This document shows, one piece after another, positions 9,571-18,652 of a stretch of 53,111 nucleotides of DNA; position 1 is the stretch's first letter; every line of letters begins with the position of its first letter. The stretch lies in the IMG/VR virus record IMGVR_UViG_3300035492_000099, positions 1-53,111 of that record. One strand, 5' to 3'. The position numbers and the translations under genes are program-made. The notes beneath the pieces were generated by a model, which made no database searches, was not told the origin of the DNA, and worked only from the letters and a program-made list of their open reading frames with translations. This stretch comes from a virus (lineage: Duplodnaviria > Caudoviricetes).

Positions 9571-9839
9571 TTACATTAGCTCAAATCGTGATGGATGTTG
9601 CTAACAATGAAAGTCTTTGTTATAATGGACACAGTAGTTTTGTTCTTACACACCTGTCCCTAGAGGATGCAATACAGCTTTGTAAAGATTTAGAAGAAGT
9701 GGATGAAAATCATAATTCCTATACAATTGAGTTGTGGACAGATGGAAGTTTAACAATCTATTGTCAAGATTATTGGAGAAGTGGTGAACACCCTCTTGGT
9801 CATACAGCAAAACTAATACTTTCAGTGGATAGGCCGTGA
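9567..9839 (+). CDS. Hypothetical protein
   Basis: ATGA-coupled ORF within the operon. Confidence 0.6.
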   Translation: MITLAQIVMDVANNESLCYNGHSSFVLTHLSLEDAIQLCKDLEEVDENHNSYTIELWTDGSLTIYCQDYWRSGEHPLGHTAKLILSVDRP

Positions 9840-10393
9840 ATTTTAAATATACAATCTTAGTAATTGGAATTATATTTTCTACTTTTGTTGCTGTTTTGTT
9901 TTATAGTAACCCCGAAAAGAAGTTGACAAGTCAGCCTATTCCTCTTATAATAACTTCTGAAAATGAGTATGATGCAGTTGAATATGGTAAGAGATGGTGC
10001 AAAATAAACAAGGATTGTTCAATCCTCGCGTCTGTGGGCTACTATGAAAGTCGGAATCAAAGTGATGTCGGTGTCATTGGAGTGATGCGAGTGGTTTTAA
10101 ACAGAGTTTCTAATCCTAGGTTCCCAAATACAATAAAAGATGTTGTATATGATGGATGTCAATTTAGTTTTGTGTGTGATGGGTCATTAAATAAAGCAGA
10201 ACAATCACATAAACAGTGGGATAGAATGTATTCTTTAGCTTATCGTGTTTTAGTATTAAAGGAAGGGAAAGGAGACTTCCATTACAGTACACACTACCAC
10301 ACTACAAATGTAAACCCGTTTTGGGCAAAGAAGTTTAAGCCTGTAGTTGTATTGGATGACCATATTTTCTACAGGTGTGTTGGTTATTGTTAA
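9836..10393 (+). CDS. Cell wall hydrolase (SleB/Hydrolase_2 family) with N-terminal membrane anchor
   Basis: YYESRNQ, VVLNRVSNPRFPNTIKDVVY, CQFSF, HYHTTNVNPFWA, HIFY. Confidence 0.9.
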   Translation: MNFKYTILVIGIIFSTFVAVLFYSNPEKKLTSQPIPLIITSENEYDAVEYGKRWCKINKDCSILASVGYYESRNQSDVGVIGVMRVVLNRVSNPRFPNTIKDVVYDGCQFSFVCDGSLNKAEQSHKQWDRMYSLAYRVLVLKEGKGDFHYSTHYHTTNVNPFWAKKFKPVVVLDDHIFYRCVGYC

Positions 10394-10400
10394 GATTTTT

Positions 10401-10436
10401 GCTCCTCAAGCTTAAGTGGTATAAGCGTCCGACTTG
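10401..10436 (+). pseudogene. 5' half of an interrupted tRNA (probably Thr-UGU)
   Basis: Acceptor GCTCCTC, D-arm GCTT-AAGTGGTAT-AAGC, anticodon stem TCCGA then CTTG; matches the 3' half at 10881-10922. Confidence 0.75.
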
Positions 10437-10455
10437 GGGAGCAATGTGAATATAT

Positions 10456-10530
10456 ATCCCCCTAGCTCAATGGGAGAGCAGCGTCCTCATAAGACGTTGG
10501 TACTTGGATCGAAACCAAGGAGGGATACCA
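10456..10530 (+). tRNA. tRNA with CAU anticodon (Met or Ile2)
   Basis: ATCCCCC/GAGGGAT acceptor, GCTC/GAGC D-stem, GCGTC-CTCATAA-GACGT, CTTGG-ATCGAAA-CCAAG, ACCA end. Confidence 0.88.
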
Positions 10531-10544
10531 ATTAGGTAAAGTAA

Positions 10545-10880
10545 ATGAAAGATTATGAATTCAATGGTAAAATTTATAAAATAAGCCAAAACGGTATAGT
10601 TTATTCCCCAACTGGAAAAATTATGGCATTGATTGATAATGGTACTGGGTATTTACAGGTTACATTAAACAGTGGTAATATGAGAAAGAAAATCTATATT
10701 CACAGGTTAGTATGGGAAACTTTTAATGGTCAAATCCCAACCAACTTAGAGGTAGATCATTTGGATGAAAATAAAAGCAATAATAATTTGTCCAATCTAA
10801 CATTAGTTACCAGAAAGGAAAATATGACTAAAATGTTAAAAAGTAATCCACACATACTATTGAACCTTAAACAATATTGA
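10545..10880 (+). CDS. HNH homing endonuclease
   Basis: GYLQVTL, IHRLVWETFNG, EVDHLDENKSNNNLSNL. Confidence 0.9.
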   Translation: MKDYEFNGKIYKISQNGIVYSPTGKIMALIDNGTGYLQVTLNSGNMRKKIYIHRLVWETFNGQIPTNLEVDHLDENKSNNNLSNLTLVTRKENMTKMLKSNPHILLNLKQY

Positions 10881-10922
10881 TAATCGGGTGACAGACAGGT
10901 TCGAGTCCTGCGGGGAGCACCA
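10881..10922 (+). pseudogene. 3' half of the interrupted tRNA
   Basis: TAA-TCGGG anticodon stem 3' side, CAGG-TTCGAGT-CCTG T-arm, GGGGAGC-A-CCA complementary to GCTCCTC at 10401. Confidence 0.75.
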
Positions 10923-10929
10923 AGTAAAT

Positions 10930-11005
10930 GCGTCTGTAGCTCAGTGGATAGAGCAGTTGGTTTCTACCCAACGTGGCGGGGGTTCGAGTCCCTCCAGACG
11001 CGCCA
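10930..11005 (+). tRNA. tRNA-Arg(UCU)
   Basis: GCGTCTG/CAGACGC acceptor, GTTGG-TTTCTAC-CCAAC, GGGGG-TTCGAGT-CCCTC, GCCA end. Confidence 0.93.
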
Positions 11006-11029
11006 GATTTTTAAACAAAAGGAGAAGTT

Positions 11030-11254
11030 ATGAAAGATGTATTTTGGGTGATTTCAATTATTCTGTTTTGGATTTTGATGATTATTTTGGGGCCATATTT
11101 TACAATCATGTCCTTAAATGTTTTATTTGGTACACAAATTGTGTTTAATATCCATTCTTGGCTTTCGTGTTTCTGGTTGGGAACAATGTTTATCTCTTGG
11201 GTGAAAGCCGGAACAAAGATGGCAATTAAAGAAACATCTGAGAATCAAGTATGA
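11030..11254 (+). CDS. Small membrane protein
   Basis: RBS AGGAGA; two hydrophobic segments. Confidence 0.65.
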   Translation: MKDVFWVISIILFWILMIILGPYFTIMSLNVLFGTQIVFNIHSWLSCFWLGTMFISWVKAGTKMAIKETSENQV

Positions 11255-11481
11255 ATATTGTAATTTATAAAGGTGAGATCATTTATGAAGATGAGGGGTG
11301 GGAAATTCTCACCTATCCATCTAAAGCACATAAGGATGTCTTGTTGAAGGATGATCGTGAGTGCCTTCTGGATGCTTTGGAAGCCACAGGATACGATGTT
11401 GCACGATTGCAGCAATTTAAGACAGAAGAGCTAGAGCAATTCTGTTTATCCCGTGGAATGTACGTACAATTGATTGATTAA
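11251..11481 (+). CDS. Hypothetical protein
   Basis: ATGA-coupled ORF. Confidence 0.6.
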   Translation: MNIVIYKGEIIYEDEGWEILTYPSKAHKDVLLKDDRECLLDALEATGYDVARLQQFKTEELEQFCLSRGMYVQLID

Positions 11482-11499
11482 GGATAGAGGAACACATTT

Positions 11500-12396
11500 A
11501 TGAATATGATTATTGTCGGGAGTGTGGCAGGAATGAAGCATAAGTGTGTTCCTCCACGAAAATTAAAAGATGTTGATGTTATTGGAGAATATGCTTCAAC
11601 CAAAGCATTTGCATCCTCCTTTGGAGAAATCAATGAGGAAAAGGAGACAGCAAAGGGAACAATCTTTTTCACAGAGAACATGATTGTTGAATTGGAGGAT
11701 ATTGACAAATCTGAACATAGTAGTAGACTATTTTCCGATATGCAGAAGGATGCAGTTGACAAAGTGTATGCCTCTGCTGAATGGCTCTACTTCTTTAAGT
11801 TGTCCCATCGTTTCAAGAAGGATAGCCCTCACTTCTGGAAAACAGTGAGAGATATTTTCTACATGCGAAGCAAAGGAATCACCCTTCCTAACAATTCTGA
11901 AGGTTTGATGAAGGAAAGGGAGGAGTTGACATACACAAACAAACTCCCTAAACTCAATGTAAAGAAAACAGATTTCTTTAAAGAAGAGGAAGTATATTGG
12001 AAGTACGAGCACGATGACATCCACGTTGCTGTAAAACTATATGACAAGCCTGCATACACATACTTTCTAAAAGACGGTGAAGAAGTTATGACTGATAAAA
12101 ATAAATTCTTTTCTCTACCAAAGGATATTCAACTTGCATCTTGTTGTGAGGAAGCCATTACACTCACAGCAGAGCGTAGTTTAATTCCATTTGACTTCAG
12201 ACCTGATCCAGATAAGATGTTTCTGTTTTCATTGATGAAGGTATGCACAAGTATTACATCCGGGTATTTTAGGGAATTCTCGTATGATAATATTTATGAT
12301 ATTATCAAGATGTATGATCAGAAGTACAAGGGTTGGTGGGTAGACAAAGTGAAGGAGGGTATTTCAAATGGCTCTATCAGAGAGGTACAAAATTAA
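11500..12396 (+). CDS. Phage protein with Pol-beta-like nucleotidyltransferase signature
   Basis: N-terminal IVGS...KDVDVI (hGS...DhD); HDDIH; SITSGYFREF. Confidence 0.55.
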   Translation: MNMIIVGSVAGMKHKCVPPRKLKDVDVIGEYASTKAFASSFGEINEEKETAKGTIFFTENMIVELEDIDKSEHSSRLFSDMQKDAVDKVYASAEWLYFFKLSHRFKKDSPHFWKTVRDIFYMRSKGITLPNNSEGLMKEREELTYTNKLPKLNVKKTDFFKEEEVYWKYEHDDIHVAVKLYDKPAYTYFLKDGEEVMTDKNKFFSLPKDIQLASCCEEAITLTAERSLIPFDFRPDPDKMFLFSLMKVCTSITSGYFREFSYDNIYDIIKMYDQKYKGWWVDKVKEGISNGSIREVQN

Positions 12397-12410
12397 AGGA
12401 GAACTTAAAA

Positions 12411-12689
12411 ATGGATAAATCACAAATTAAGAATTATGATGAATTGAAGCAGAAAGTTGACAAGATCAATGAAACTATCCTATCCTTGAAAAAGGAATAT
12501 GATGAGAATAATCTTGAACAACGGATGTATGAAGCAAATGAAGAAAAGTATTCCATCCAAGAGGAAGTTGTAGATGCCATTATCGGGGTTGTTGGTGAAG
12601 ATTGTTTGGTATCTTGTTCTGTAATTGCTAATCACATAGGTCTTGAAGTGGAAAGCACCTATTGGATGCCTTCTAGTGCAATTTGTTGA
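12411..12689 (+). CDS. Small acidic protein ending YWMPSSAIC
   Basis: ATG at 12411 after RBS AAGGAGA. Confidence 0.7.
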   Translation: MDKSQIKNYDELKQKVDKINETILSLKKEYDENNLEQRMYEANEEKYSIQEEVVDAIIGVVGEDCLVSCSVIANHIGLEVESTYWMPSSAIC

Positions 12690-12699
12690 GGAGAATTTA

Positions 12700-13044
12700 A
12701 TGGCGTATATTCCTGAAGGATGGGTGGTCTTTAAGATCAGAGATGTGTATAAAGTGTTTGGATCATGGGGTGGTGGGTATTTGGATGGTGATTCTTGGCG
12801 CATCAATTCGGGAATTGAAAGCATTGAAGAGGAGGTTGACGCCTTGGTATTCAAGGGATACTCTGGGAGTGAATACTTTTGCTTAAAGGGGTCGTATGGG
12901 CGAATTTCAGGGTATAACCTCAGTGTTTTAAATAATTTTATTGAGCGTTGTAAAAATCAGGGATATGATATGTTTGTATATGGGTCTGTGTCTGATTTCA
13001 TGCAAGATTGGAATGAATCTTTGGAAGGAGGTGGAAATGACTGA
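12700..13044 (+). CDS. Hypothetical phage protein
   Basis: YKVFGSWGGGYLDGDSWRINSGI, FKGYSGSEY; ATG at 12700 after GAGGAG. Confidence 0.75.
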   Translation: MAYIPEGWVVFKIRDVYKVFGSWGGGYLDGDSWRINSGIESIEEEVDALVFKGYSGSEYFCLKGSYGRISGYNLSVLNNFIERCKNQGYDMFVYGSVSDFMQDWNESLEGGGND

Positions 13045-13222
13045 ACAAGAAATTAAAGAGGAAATGAAGAGACTTGTATATGAAGCGGAAGCTAAACTTG
13101 TTGAAGCTGAGAGATTTGCAGAAGAAAACAAAATTGGCTTTAGTTGGGAGCCAGCTTACGGGATGGGTGGTTGGTATGATGGTGAAGAACAACAGTGGTA
13201 TCCGTCTAGTGAGTCTTGTTAG
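13037..13222 (+). CDS. Small acidic protein ending WYPSSESC
   Basis: ATG at 13037 after GGAGGTGG. Confidence 0.7.
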   Translation: MTEQEIKEEMKRLVYEAEAKLVEAERFAEENKIGFSWEPAYGMGGWYDGEEQQWYPSSESC

Positions 13223-13232
13223 GAGAATATAT

Positions 13233-13436
13233 ATGTCTAAACTTGTTATGAATGTTCTTGTTAATAAAATTAACGAGGATATTAGAAAAGCGGCAGAATA
13301 TGCTGTTAAAAACAAAATTGATATTGATTTATACAACATTGAATCTTTAGAAGACTGGGTGCCCTCGCAGGAATGGGAGAGTTCTGGGTGTATGGATGAT
13401 GACTTTGAGTGGGTGTCTTCTGGATTGGATTGTTAA
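13233..13436 (+). CDS. Small acidic protein ending WESSGC...WVSSGLDC
   Basis: ATG at 13233 after AGGAGA. Confidence 0.7.
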   Translation: MSKLVMNVLVNKINEDIRKAAEYAVKNKIDIDLYNIESLEDWVPSQEWESSGCMDDDFEWVSSGLDC

Positions 13437-13451
13437 ACAAGGGAGAAAGAA

Positions 13452-13805
13452 ATGTATACAAAAGAATTTATTGAAAAACTTCCAGATGAAGCTTTGAAAG
13501 AGCTTATTGATGAGGGTTGGAATTTTAAAGCGATTGAACTTCTTTCAGAAGAACACAAATCTTTGTATGAAGAAGCTAAAAAAGATGTCTCTAAATACGA
13601 ACAAGAAATTGAGCAAAATGCTTTCTTGATTAAAGATCGGGTGATGTCAATCATCGACAACACTAATGACGAGGATGAAGTAGAGTGCTTGGATAATAAT
13701 CTTGTAGAATTCATGGATGCTGTTGCCTATGATCTGGATATGACATACTCTCATGAGTATGGTGATCGACATCCTGACGCTTTCTGGGTTCAAAGTACAT
13801 GCTAG
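13452..13805 (+). CDS. Small acidic protein ending FWVQSTC
   Basis: RBS GGGAGA. Confidence 0.7.
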   Translation: MYTKEFIEKLPDEALKELIDEGWNFKAIELLSEEHKSLYEEAKKDVSKYEQEIEQNAFLIKDRVMSIIDNTNDEDEVECLDNNLVEFMDAVAYDLDMTYSHEYGDRHPDAFWVQSTC

Positions 13806-14032
13806 ACGAAAATGACATTATCTGCCGCCTGCGTAAACGGGCACAAATACGTAGGCAAATTCCAACACGCAAGTCTGTACAAGAGGGACTACCGGATCGT
13901 TTAGCTGATCTTCTCGATGAGGCAGCAGATGAAATTGGGACGTTGAGGGAAGTAAGAGATTTTTATTTGGCAATGGCTAGGAATAAAGGAGAGGTTGATG
14001 AAATTTCCAACTCTATACACAAAGGACAATAG
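13799..14032 (+). CDS. Hypothetical phage protein
   Basis: RLRKRAQIRRQIPTRKSVQEG-PDRLADLLDEAA; overlaps flanking genes by a few codons. Confidence 0.7.
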   Translation: MLDENDIICRLRKRAQIRRQIPTRKSVQEGLPDRLADLLDEAADEIGTLREVRDFYLAMARNKGEVDEISNSIHKGQ

Positions 14033-15110
14033 TGGGGACATTCGTGTTTGGGAAATCTCAACGGATGAAGCTGAGGTTATTGTAAAGCATGGCAAAGAAG
14101 GCGGTAAAATCACTTCCAAATCATATTTTGCTGAAGCTAAGAACACAGCTAAATCGAATGCTACAACCCCCTCTGAGCAAGCGGAAAAAGAGGCTGAAGC
14201 AAAACACACTCTCCAGCTTAAGCGGGGGTATTTTCTAACGAGAGAAGAAGCCCTAAACAGTGTTGCTTGGGAACCAATGAAGTGCCAAGATTATAAGGAC
14301 TATGCACACAAAGTGTCCTTCCCATGCTATATTCAACCAAAGCTCAATGGTCTTCGTATGATGATCACTTCTGACGGAATGGCATTCTCAAAATCAGGTG
14401 AGCCTTACACACTTCCAGAACATATAAAGAAAGATATCAACGATCTTAAAGTGAGGGGCTTACTAAAGCATGGCCTAGATGGTGAAATATATGCTGGCTT
14501 GAATAGTCTTTCATTGCAAGAGATTATTTCTGCATTCCGTAAGCCAAATGAGAATACAAAGAAACTAAATCTTTGGGTATATGATATTCCTGTAGCAAAT
14601 ATGACTTTCGTTGAACGGTTAAAACAATTATTTGAGGTGGCTCAGGCTACAGGCGTCTTACAAAATATCAAAATGAACAAAACAATTAAAATCTATTCTT
14701 GGGAAGATGGGAACAACGCTTACACTGGTTGGGTGAAAGGGGGATATGAAGGGGCTGTTTATCGTAATTCGCAAGGCTTATATGAGCATGGTAAACGAAG
14801 TTATGATGTGATTAAGCGAAAGCCTCGCTTAACAGCGGAGGCCCTAGTCCATTCCGTGAAAAAAGATAAGTCTGGACAGGGTATTCTTTCATGTGTTGCT
14901 GTCAATGGTGTGCAAGAAGGTGTTGCTTTCAAGTGTTTGATGAAAAAGGATGCGGATAATGATATTAATTATCGACTATATGAAAATGCGTGTACATTGA
15001 CTGGGAAGCATGTTGAGTATGAATATGAGGAGTTGTCTGACAAAAATATTCCTACAAAACCTTGTGGTGTTCGTGTTCGGGAAATGAAAGGAAATATTCC
15101 TCGTGAATAA
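13995..15110 (+). CDS. ATP-dependent DNA ligase
   Basis: QPKLNGLR (motif I), LDGEIY (III), YEGAVYR (IV), GKRS...KRK. Confidence 0.9.
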   Translation: MMKFPTLYTKDNSGDIRVWEISTDEAEVIVKHGKEGGKITSKSYFAEAKNTAKSNATTPSEQAEKEAEAKHTLQLKRGYFLTREEALNSVAWEPMKCQDYKDYAHKVSFPCYIQPKLNGLRMMITSDGMAFSKSGEPYTLPEHIKKDINDLKVRGLLKHGLDGEIYAGLNSLSLQEIISAFRKPNENTKKLNLWVYDIPVANMTFVERLKQLFEVAQATGVLQNIKMNKTIKIYSWEDGNNAYTGWVKGGYEGAVYRNSQGLYEHGKRSYDVIKRKPRLTAEALVHSVKKDKSGQGILSCVAVNGVQEGVAFKCLMKKDADNDINYRLYENACTLTGKHVEYEYEELSDKNIPTKPCGVRVREMKGNIPRE

Positions 15111-15121
15111 AGGAGAAATAA

Positions 15122-15478
15122 ATGAATAATCTACGAATTGTGCGCTATGCACGTCCTAAACAAAAAGAAATTCATAACGATAACCTATACGGAATCACTT
15201 TCGTATATGACATTGATTATGAAGATCGTATCGTATGGGCTTCTTGGTCTATATGTAATGGGGACAACTTTGAGAAGAAGGTTGGTGTTGAGCAGGCCCT
15301 TAAACGAAAGAAGTTAACATTTCCTTTAGACGATGTTAAAAATACAGGGCTTACAAAAGCATTTATGAACCGATTGTTTGGAAAAGATGTTGGTGGTATG
15401 GTGGTTGGAAATTATACCCTTATGCACCATGTGCTTTCTGAGGTTACACGCTATATTAACAGTGAGAAAACAATATGA
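15122..15478 (+). CDS. Hypothetical protein
   Basis: RBS AAGGAGA; WSICNGDNFEKKVG. Confidence 0.7.
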   Translation: MNNLRIVRYARPKQKEIHNDNLYGITFVYDIDYEDRIVWASWSICNGDNFEKKVGVEQALKRKKLTFPLDDVKNTGLTKAFMNRLFGKDVGGMVVGNYTLMHHVLSEVTRYINSEKTI

Positions 15479-15572
15479 TAGATTATTTATATTGTTTCTT
15501 TCACACAATCATTTGCTTAGATGTTATAATGAATCTTGTTAGGGTATTTTTGCTATATGAGTTAAAAATCAT

Positions 15573-16040
15573 GTGAGGAATGGTATGTATATTAGGAATT
15601 TACGGCTTTTTAGCAACAAAGTGATCCCACAGGATTCTTTGTTTGTTGTATGTGAATCTTATAAAGAACTGGAAGATAGCGTGGAGGAGACAATTTCTAC
15701 AATGAAACACAGTGATTCACATTCTCTTGTATTCATGTCAAATATTGAAGATTTCAAATATCAATGGGAAGCAAACCAAGCCGTGTATAAATTCCTCAAA
15801 GCTGTAAAACCTGAGCATGTAATGTGCTCTGGACAACGGGGTGTGGGGTTGGCTGTAGCAAGCGTTGCTCCATTGCTTGACATTCTTACAGATGTTGTCT
15901 ATAATGGCGGATATTACGTGGCATCACACGATGGACAATTCATCGAGGTGGGTTATGATAATTGTTATGCAACAATCCTTTCTCAGTATTTTATATTCAA
16001 AGCTTCTCTTGGAGGAAACACAAATGCAAACATTGCTTAA
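15573..16040 (+). CDS. Hypothetical protein
   Basis: 155-aa ORF behind a TATAAT element. Confidence 0.6.
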   Translation: MRNGMYIRNLRLFSNKVIPQDSLFVVCESYKELEDSVEETISTMKHSDSHSLVFMSNIEDFKYQWEANQAVYKFLKAVKPEHVMCSGQRGVGLAVASVAPLLDILTDVVYNGGYYVASHDGQFIEVGYDNCYATILSQYFIFKASLGGNTNANIA

Positions 16041-16257
16041 TCTGATTAGGTATACAAAACAAATTCATAAAGAGAGGTGGGATTTCCCTCTTGACACTAT
16101 AGTGGTGAAAGATTTTGAATTTGAGTCTCTTGCAAAGGATAACTATTGTTTCATAGAAGGTGTTCGTATTATCCCAGAGTCAGCCATGCTGGAAGATTCT
16201 TTGGATTATGATATTGAAGTGGATTTGGGCAATTGGGCAGCATTGCTGAGGAAATAG
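16024..16257 (+). CDS. Hypothetical protein
   Basis: ATG at 16024 after GGAGGA. Confidence 0.6.
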   Translation: MQTLLNLIRYTKQIHKERWDFPLDTIVVKDFEFESLAKDNYCFIEGVRIIPESAMLEDSLDYDIEVDLGNWAALLRK

Positions 16258-16290
16258 TTTTAGATTTTAAACAAAACACAGGAGAAATAT

Positions 16291-16566
16291 ATGAAATTTC
16301 AAAAAGAATTAGACGACTATGCAGGCTTTCTAATTAAAGCACAAGAACAGATGCAAATCTTGAAAGACCGATCAGATGAACAGGGTGCTATTGAGATATA
16401 TCAGATGTGGCTTGAGAAACGAAAAGACCTGCTGCGAAATATTGCAGAAGATTTTCGTAAAACAGGTGTACGCGCTGTAGCCACGGAGGATATTCTCATG
16501 TTGGGGGAGCTAGACCATTCGTGGTTTGTCCTTCCTGAACCAAAAGCCCACCGTGTTGTGAAGTAA
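16291..16566 (+). CDS. Hypothetical protein
   Basis: RBS AGGAGA; followed by a terminator. Confidence 0.65.
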   Translation: MKFQKELDDYAGFLIKAQEQMQILKDRSDEQGAIEIYQMWLEKRKDLLRNIAEDFRKTGVRAVATEDILMLGELDHSWFVLPEPKAHRVVK

Positions 16567-16569
16567 TCG

Positions 16570-16596
16570 TAGGGAGCCTTTGTGCTCCCTATTTTT
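16570..16596 (+). terminator. Intrinsic terminator
   Basis: TAGGGAGC-CTTTGT-GCTCCCTA followed by TTTTT. Confidence 0.7.
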
Positions 16597-16611
16597 CGTA
16601 TGGAGAATTCG

Positions 16612-16782
16612 ATGACATATGTTCTATACATGCTTGTTGGAATATTGATTGACGGAACAGCTATCCCAATGTATGCTTTTAATAGTAGATTAGCTTGTGA
16701 GTCTGCTGTACAATACATACAAGAGCAATCAGTAAAAGATGCTCATGTTTATTGTGTTGAATTGAAAATTAAGGAGATATGA
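16612..16782 (+). CDS. Small hypothetical protein
   Basis: ATG at 16612 after GGAGA. Confidence 0.55.
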   Translation: MTYVLYMLVGILIDGTAIPMYAFNSRLACESAVQYIQEQSVKDAHVYCVELKIKEI

Positions 16783-17015
16783 TGGAATATGTTTTTATTT
16801 ATATCATGATTGGTATTCTAATATCGTTTGGGATATTGGCATACGTTCACCACGAGAGAGACAGGGATGTCACTGTTAGTGATGTTCTTGCTGCTACAGG
16901 TTGGGTGTTTATTTGGCCTTTCATGATTGTTGTTATTCTCAATGACATAAATGAGAAGATAGGGGATAAGGTGCTCCTGAAGTCAAATAAGAAAGAATCT
17001 CGGTGGGATGATTGA
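16779..17015 (+). CDS. Small membrane protein
   Basis: Two hydrophobic segments, WPF motif. Confidence 0.6.
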   Translation: MMEYVFIYIMIGILISFGILAYVHHERDRDVTVSDVLAATGWVFIWPFMIVVILNDINEKIGDKVLLKSNKKESRWDD

Positions 17016-17566
17016 AATGTTTGTAGATATTTCTTTGTTGTTATTTGGCATCCTGTGCATTATTATGTTGATTACAGAACGGAGATATGATGTAATGACA
17101 TTGGGGTCTTGCATTCTTATCGGTGCGGTGCTCGTATTACTAACATTTTAGGGGAGAGGTGGATGATGACACTGAATGACTTTAGGAAGACATGGGTGGG
17201 ACGTACATTCAAATGTAGAGACACTGAAGAGACATTCACTATTCCAGAAGAAGAATGTGACCACTCTTATGCACGAGAAGGGTGGAAATGTCCCGAGTGC
17301 GGGAAGGATGGTAGAGACTGCTAAGGAAATGCTGTTTAAACACATTTAGAAGCCCCTACAAGGCTTTTAATCTGTTTGTTGGTGTGTAGGTAGCCCCTAC
17401 ATATTTAAATTGAATATAGAGCGTTTTAGACCGTTCTGTGAACACAAGGGGAAAAACATGGTGGTGTTAATTGTAGGGATCATATTTATTTGTGTATTGA
17501 TAGCACCAGAAAATATGAGCAGCAAGAAGCACGTAACAAGATTAAATCTATTCTAGGAGAGAAACA

Positions 17567-17791
17567 ATGAATCAAACAGAACACACTATTACACTTGACA
17601 GTATTTTGTATTGGGAAGGAAATGACAATACAGAAACCTCTTGCACAAAGACAACAAAAGAGCCTATGACTGTTTTTGAAATCACAGAAGTGTTTTACAA
17701 TTTTCTTCTTGGACAGGGGTATTCTATTGATGACATCATTATTGTTAAAGAGAACAAAGAAGAAGTGTCTATTAAGAATGGGTGTTATTAA
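17567..17791 (+). CDS. Hypothetical protein
   Basis: RBS AGGAGA. Confidence 0.6.
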   Translation: MNQTEHTITLDSILYWEGNDNTETSCTKTTKEPMTVFEITEVFYNFLLGQGYSIDDIIIVKENKEEVSIKNGCY

Positions 17792-18083
17792 GGGGGGAGG
17801 GGCGTCACTAATGTCGCTAATATCACCAACGCTGACAAAGCTCTACACTCCTTTACTTCTTGCTTCCATTACAGCAATGTTTCCCATGTCAGCATTAGCC
17901 TCTTCCACATCGCAGGTTGCGGCCATTGAATATGATGGGTGTAAGGCTTATGAGAATCCCTCTGGAGACATCTATGTCTTGTGTGAAAATGAAACAAAAG
18001 AGCTATTAAAAGAAAAATACATTCCTACGATGAGAGTTTGTGGGAAACGCTGTGTTATAATAATTACAGATAGAGGTTTTTGA
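17778..18083 (+). CDS. Hypothetical exported/membrane protein
   Basis: Hydrophobic signal-like segment; exact start uncertain. Confidence 0.5.
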   Translation: MGVIKGGGASLMSLISPTLTKLYTPLLLASITAMFPMSALASSTSQVAAIEYDGCKAYENPSGDIYVLCENETKELLKEKYIPTMRVCGKRCVIIITDRGF

Positions 18084-18652
18084 AAATTGAATTTAGAAAG
18101 AAAGAAGCGAATAATGGATAATGAACAGAAGCGCAATTACGACACTATTATTGAATTTTGTATTCCACAGTTTCGTAGTGGGAATGGCATCCCTGTGACA
18201 CGTAACACTGTGTCTCGGGAAGATTTGTACAAACTGTTAGACTATGTTTTGGAGATTTGGATCGATGATTAGTTATATTAAAGATTTGTTTAGTGAAGTG
18301 CGCCCTGAAATCAAACATCTTGCAGAACGTCTTAAAGAAGGAGATATTTACTATGATGTTTTTACGGGCCTGTGCAGATATGAAATTGAAAGCCTTGTAA
18401 TGAAAATAGAGAGTGTAAAGGAATTGACAAACTCCTATCCATAGAATTTAGAGCTTTCTATAAAATAATATAGGCAATTGAGACAAGAATTGGATGATGT
18501 CCTGCGATATGCCTGTGATAACACTGTGAATACGTTCATGGGAATTCCCATTGTAATTAAAGAACAGAGCAATTAAATGCGTCACACTATTGGAAATCTT
18601 TAGAATAGAACATAGCCCCCACAAGGGGCTATTAACATTTCAAAGGAACATA

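Noticed and set aside
10437-10880. Group I intron in the tRNA anticodon loop
   Set aside because: The insert is almost entirely occupied by a tRNA and an AT-rich ORF; no room or motifs for a P3-P7 catalytic core
10888-11148. 86-aa ORF
   Set aside because: Overlaps the 3' tRNA half and tRNA-Arg; spurious
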